This document shows positions 29,138-32,000 of a stretch of 32,000 nt of DNA, in pieces. The DNA lies in the NCBI RefSeq assembly GCF_000284455.1, contig NC_017039.1, forward strand, positions 1,590,001 to 1,622,000, read 5' to 3'. How positions within the stretch are numbered: position 1 is the stretch's first letter; each line of letters starts with the position of its first letter. The notes under the pieces were generated by a model. It was given only the letters and a program-made list of their open reading frames with translations, had not been told where the DNA came from and did no database searches. The stretch is from Synechocystis sp. PCC 6803 substr. PCC-P (GTDB lineage Bacteria > Cyanobacteriota > Cyanobacteriia > Cyanobacteriales > Microcystaceae). The position numbers were made by a program, and so were the translations under genes.

Positions 29138-29250
29138 CTAATTATGGGTTGTTGCGGGATGTGCTAGCAGATGGGGCCAAGTCCCTGGTAAAGCGGTTTA
29201 CGGGCCGGGACAAAGGCGGTCGCCAAAATAGTTCCCTCCTCTCCAATTGA
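29065..29250 (+). pseudogene. N-terminal fragment (61 aa) of a Wzt/KpsT-type ABC ATPase, cut before Walker A
   Basis: MSDVMIRVENLGKKYMIGHQAEGRSNYGLLRDVLADGAKSL resembles polysaccharide-exporter ATPase N-termini. No nucleotide-binding motifs follow. Confidence 0.6.
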
Positions 29251-29303
29251 TGAAATAAGATAAATTAAGTAGCAAATTTGATCAATATCTACAAGGATTA
29301 AAA

Positions 29304-29567
29304 ATGGAAACCATTAATTATCAACAATTCTCTGAAAAACTGCCCACTTTGGTAGAAAAAATAGGTAATGAGCAAGAACCTCTCTGTCTAGAGCTTCCGA
29401 ATTATTTACGAGCTGTTATTATATCTGAGCAAGATTACCGTAGTTTGATGGAAACTGTTTATCTGTTGAGTAACCCTGTTAATGCTGAAAAGTTATTAAC
29501 TACCGCTAGTCGATCAATTGATCAAGCTACATCGTGGACAAAAGTAAAAAATGACTTAGGACTATGA
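29304..29567 (+). CDS. yefM: Phd/YefM-family antitoxin
   Basis: 87 aa, AVIISEQDYRSLMETVYLLSNPVNAEKL motif. ATGA overlap with the toxin gene. Confidence 0.85.
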   Translation: METINYQQFSEKLPTLVEKIGNEQEPLCLELPNYLRAVIISEQDYRSLMETVYLLSNPVNAEKLLTTASRSIDQATSWTKVKNDLGL

Positions 29568-29824
29568 AGGAAGTTGTTTTAGATTCGCAGGCAATTGAAG
29601 ATATAAAGTGGTGGATTCAACAAGATAAAAAGTTAGCGTTAAAAATCATGGAATTAATTGAGACGCTACCAAAATCACCTTTTGCCGGCAAAGGAAAACC
29701 AGAAAAACTTCGTTTTAATTTGTCAGGTTTTTGGCCACGGCGCATTACTCAAGAGCATCGCCTAGTTTACGAAGTCACCGATGATTTCATTCGTGTTGTC
29801 AGTTGTCGTTATCATTACCGATAG
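29564..29824 (+). CDS. yoeB: Txe/YoeB-family toxin (ribosome-dependent mRNA interferase)
   Basis: 86 aa with GKGKPEKL, WPRRITQEHRLVYEV and SCRYHY motifs. Confidence 0.9.
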   Translation: MKEVVLDSQAIEDIKWWIQQDKKLALKIMELIETLPKSPFAGKGKPEKLRFNLSGFWPRRITQEHRLVYEVTDDFIRVVSCRYHYR

Positions 29825-29849
29825 CATTAATCGTATTTCGGTCGATCAA

Positions 29850-30000
29850 GTAACGGTTTGTTACGGGTGTTAAGGGTTGGGGGTTTGTTGGATAAGCTGA
29901 TGAGTGTCGGTTCTCGATTAGGATTCCTATGTCGGACGTGATGATTCGGGTGGAAAATTTAGGCAAAAAGTACATGATTGGTCACTAGGCAGAAGGAAGG
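29850..30000 (+). repeat. direct repeat copy R2
   Basis: Same sequence family as R1. Includes a second MSDVMIRVENLGKKYMIGH start. Confidence 0.85.
29929..29988 (+). pseudogene. second copy of the ABC ATPase 5' end, 19 codons then TAG
   Basis: Peptide identical to R1 up to H19. CAA in R1 is TAG here. Confidence 0.6.
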
Positions 30001-30048
30001 GTGAATGATAATCACTCAACACGTTTGTATTTAAACAAAGTCAATATA

Positions 30049-30909
30049 ATGACCCATCGTCAATCGCAACCAGTCATTGTTTATACGCCGGAGAGTCGTT
30101 TACGGCATCCTGTTATTCTACTTCGGGAGATGAGACGGGATTTATTGGCGTCTCGCGGTCTGGCTTGGCAGTTGTTGGTGCGGGATATTAAGGCTCAGTA
30201 TCGGCAGTCGTTGTTGGGGGTATTTTGGGCTTTTTTGCCACCGATTGTGACGGCGGTGGCGTTGTTGGTGGCGAAGGATGTGGGGGCGATCAATGTGGGG
30301 GCAACGTCGATTCCTTATCCGGCCTATGTGATGTTTAGTATGGCGTTATGGCAAACGTTTGTGGAGGCCTTGAATGGCCCTGTGGCGGCGGTGGGGGCGG
30401 CGAAACCGATGTTGGCGAAGATCAATTTCCCGAGGGAGGCGTTGATTTTGGCAAAGTTAGGGGAAGTATTTTTCAATTTTGGGATTAAGTTACTGTTGAT
30501 TGTGGCTTTGTTTATCTGGTTTCGGATTCCGGTGAGTGAGATGGTGATCTTGGCGCCGGTGGCGTTAGTCCATTTGGTGGGGTTGGGGACGGGAATTGGG
30601 TTATGGTTATCGCCGTTGGGGGCGTTGTATCAGGATATTGGCCGGGCAATTCCCTTGTTGATGACGCCTTGGTTGTTGTTAACGCCGGTAATTTATCCAC
30701 CACCAACTAAGGGTTGGTTTAGTGTGTTGGTGAACTGGAATCCGGTGACGCCGTTGTTGGTAACGGTGCGGGATTTGGCGACGGTGGGGATGGTATCGGA
30801 ACCAGCAGGGTTTTGGTGGGCTAGTGGGTTGATGGTAATTTTGCTGTTGTCAGGGTGGTTGTTTTACCGTTTGGCGATGCCGTTTATTGTTGAGCGCATG
30901 AGTAGTTGA
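30049..30909 (+). CDS. ABC-2-type polysaccharide/O-antigen exporter permease (Wzm/KpsM-like)
   Basis: RDIKAQYRQSLLGVFWAFLPP ABC-2 signature region and 6 predicted TM segments. ATG at 30049 is preferred over GTG at 30001. Confidence 0.85.
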   Translation: MTHRQSQPVIVYTPESRLRHPVILLREMRRDLLASRGLAWQLLVRDIKAQYRQSLLGVFWAFLPPIVTAVALLVAKDVGAINVGATSIPYPAYVMFSMALWQTFVEALNGPVAAVGAAKPMLAKINFPREALILAKLGEVFFNFGIKLLLIVALFIWFRIPVSEMVILAPVALVHLVGLGTGIGLWLSPLGALYQDIGRAIPLLMTPWLLLTPVIYPPPTKGWFSVLVNWNPVTPLLVTVRDLATVGMVSEPAGFWWASGLMVILLLSGWLFYRLAMPFIVERMSS

Positions 30910-30941
30910 TCACTAAAGGCGTTGAAACAAGCCCTTAATGG

Positions 30942-31000
30942 GTAACGGTTTGTTACGGGTGTTAGGGGTTGGGGCTTGGTTGGGTATGCTGGTGGCTAAT
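30942..31000 (+). repeat. partial third copy (R3) of the repeat leader
   Basis: GTAACGGTTTGTTACGGGTGTTAGGGGTTGGGG... shares the first ~60 nt with R1/R2 and lies between the permease and ATPase genes. Confidence 0.75.
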
Positions 31001-31020
31001 GCTTTATGGGAGTGGATGGG

Positions 31021-32000
31021 ATGACCCAGGTGTTGCCAAGGCTGGAGCCGATCGCCGGCGGCGGTAGTGATGTGGTGCTGTCGGTGCAGGGGGTATCGAA
31101 GAAGTTTTGTCGTAGTCTGAAACGCTCTCTGTGGTATGGGGTGCAGGATATTGCGGCGGAGATGGTGGGGCGGGGTAGTCGTCGGGATCTGAGACCAGAT
31201 GAGTTTTGGGCGTTGAGGGATATTAGTTTTGAGTTGCGGCGGGGAGAGGCGTTGGGCTTAGTGGGGGCCAATGGCGCAGGGAAAACGACGCTGTTACGCA
31301 TTATTAGTGGTCTGATTAAGCCGGATGAGGGGGAGGTAAAAATTCGCGGACGGATTGCGCCGTTGATTGCGTTGGGGGCGGGGTTTAATCCAACCTTGAC
31401 GGGGAGGGAGAATATTTACACAAATATGTCGATTTTGGGGTTGACGAGGCAGGAAATTGATGATCGATTTGAGGATGTGGTGGCGTTTGCGGAGATTGGG
31501 GAGGCGTTGGATGCGCCGGTGCAGAGTTATAGTTCGGGGATGACGGCGCGGTTGGGGTTTGCTTGTGCAATTCATGTTGAACCAGAAATTTTATTGATTG
31601 ATGAAGTTTTAGCGGTTGGGGATATTAGGTTTCGGAGTAAGTGTTATGAACGTTTAACCGAATTACAAAAACATCAAGTTTCATTCATTCTAGTGACTCA
31701 CGCCGCTGATATGATTACTCGCATTTGTGAAACGGCTCTTTATCTCAAGAAGGGGCAACAAAGTCTATGGGATAAGTCAGAATTAGTGATGAAAACTTAC
31801 GATGATGATTTATTTGGAAATAATCAAGAGTCTAGTGATTTTTTTATAAATCAGGAACGTAAAATTTTGGAAATAACCGATGTTGGTCCCAAGAAAGATG
31901 CTGTTATTCGCTACATTGCTTTCGAGGATGAAAATGGTAATGTTCTTCCAGAGATTCGGTCTGGAGAAGGTATGCAACTTTGTATTGGTTGTCAAGTCAA
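31021..32000 (+). CDS. polysaccharide-exporter ABC ATPase (Wzt/KpsT-like); 3' end lies outside the window
   Basis: My own translation; absent from the ORF track because it has no stop in the window. Walker A GANGAGKTT, signature YSSGM, Walker B ILLIDE, then an extra C-terminal region. ATG at 31006 is an alternative start. Confidence 0.9.
   Translation, partial: MTQVLPRLEPIAGGGSDVVLSVQGVSKKFCRSLKRSLWYGVQDIAAEMVGRGSRRDLRPDEFWALRDISFELRRGEALGLVGANGAGKTTLLRIISGLIKPDEGEVKIRGRIAPLIALGAGFNPTLTGRENIYTNMSILGLTRQEIDDRFEDVVAFAEIGEALDAPVQSYSSGMTARLGFACAIHVEPEILLIDEVLAVGDIRFRSKCYERLTELQKHQVSFILVTHAADMITRICETALYLKKGQQSLWDKSELVMKTYDDDLFGNNQESSDFFINQERKILEITDVGPKKDAVIRYIAFEDENGNVLPEIRSGEGMQLCIGCQV

Noticed and set aside
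30996-31575. Two minus-strand ORFs (101 and 93 aa), plus 31385..31570
   Set aside because: Antisense to the ABC ATPase, whose Walker A, signature and Walker B motifs read cleanly on the + strand. The Pro/Arg-rich composition comes from the G-rich coding strand.

Overview
This window reads as chromosomal DNA from a Synechocystis sp. PCC 6803-type cyanobacterium. The evidence is the gene order, an ISY100-type IS630 transposase, and about 22 perfect HIP1 octamers (GCGATCGC) counted by eye.

Bases 1-23430 are a densely packed core region. In order it holds: a 5'-partial alpha/beta hydrolase; a decayed vapBC pair; hpnH; a GT4 glycosyltransferase (dgdA/ktrE-like) overlapping ktrB; plsX-fabH; the PsbP-like lipoprotein; a 1.1 kb AT-rich intergenic region; sbtA-sbtB; nadK-thf1; two overlapping small ORFs; an IctB/O-antigen-ligase-like protein; sodB; leuB; menA; a pentapeptide-repeat protein; an Fe-S aldo/keto reductase; and hflX.

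Bases 23448-27124 are a HIP1-free patch of degraded mobile and toxin-antitoxin (TA) DNA:
- an IS701-like element whose transposase is broken by a 5-bp tandem duplication
- a truncated IS3 orfB
- a UPF0175/DUF3368 TA remnant
- a 5' fragment of ISY100, frameshifted inside a perfect 17-bp inverted repeat
- an mntA-hepT pair

Native pepA and tRNA-Phe follow. After them comes a second HIP1-free patch. It contains a yefM-yoeB cassette bracketed by ~150-bp direct repeats that carry the 5' end of an ABC ATPase gene, then a polysaccharide-type ABC permease and a 3'-partial ATPase.

I found no rRNA, CRISPR array or recognisable dedicated defence operon, and no convincing multi-gene system of a wholly new kind. 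The best leads are:
- two perfect ATAG-N8-CTAT palindromes plus an unannotated small membrane ORF upstream of sbtAB
- a stop-interrupted, dual-frame coiled-coil locus at 13.3-13.8 kb
- the repeat-bracketed TA insertion next to the ABC exporter
- a sharp GC breakpoint inside the ABC ATPase gene

All family assignments come from reading the translated ORFs by eye. No searches were run.
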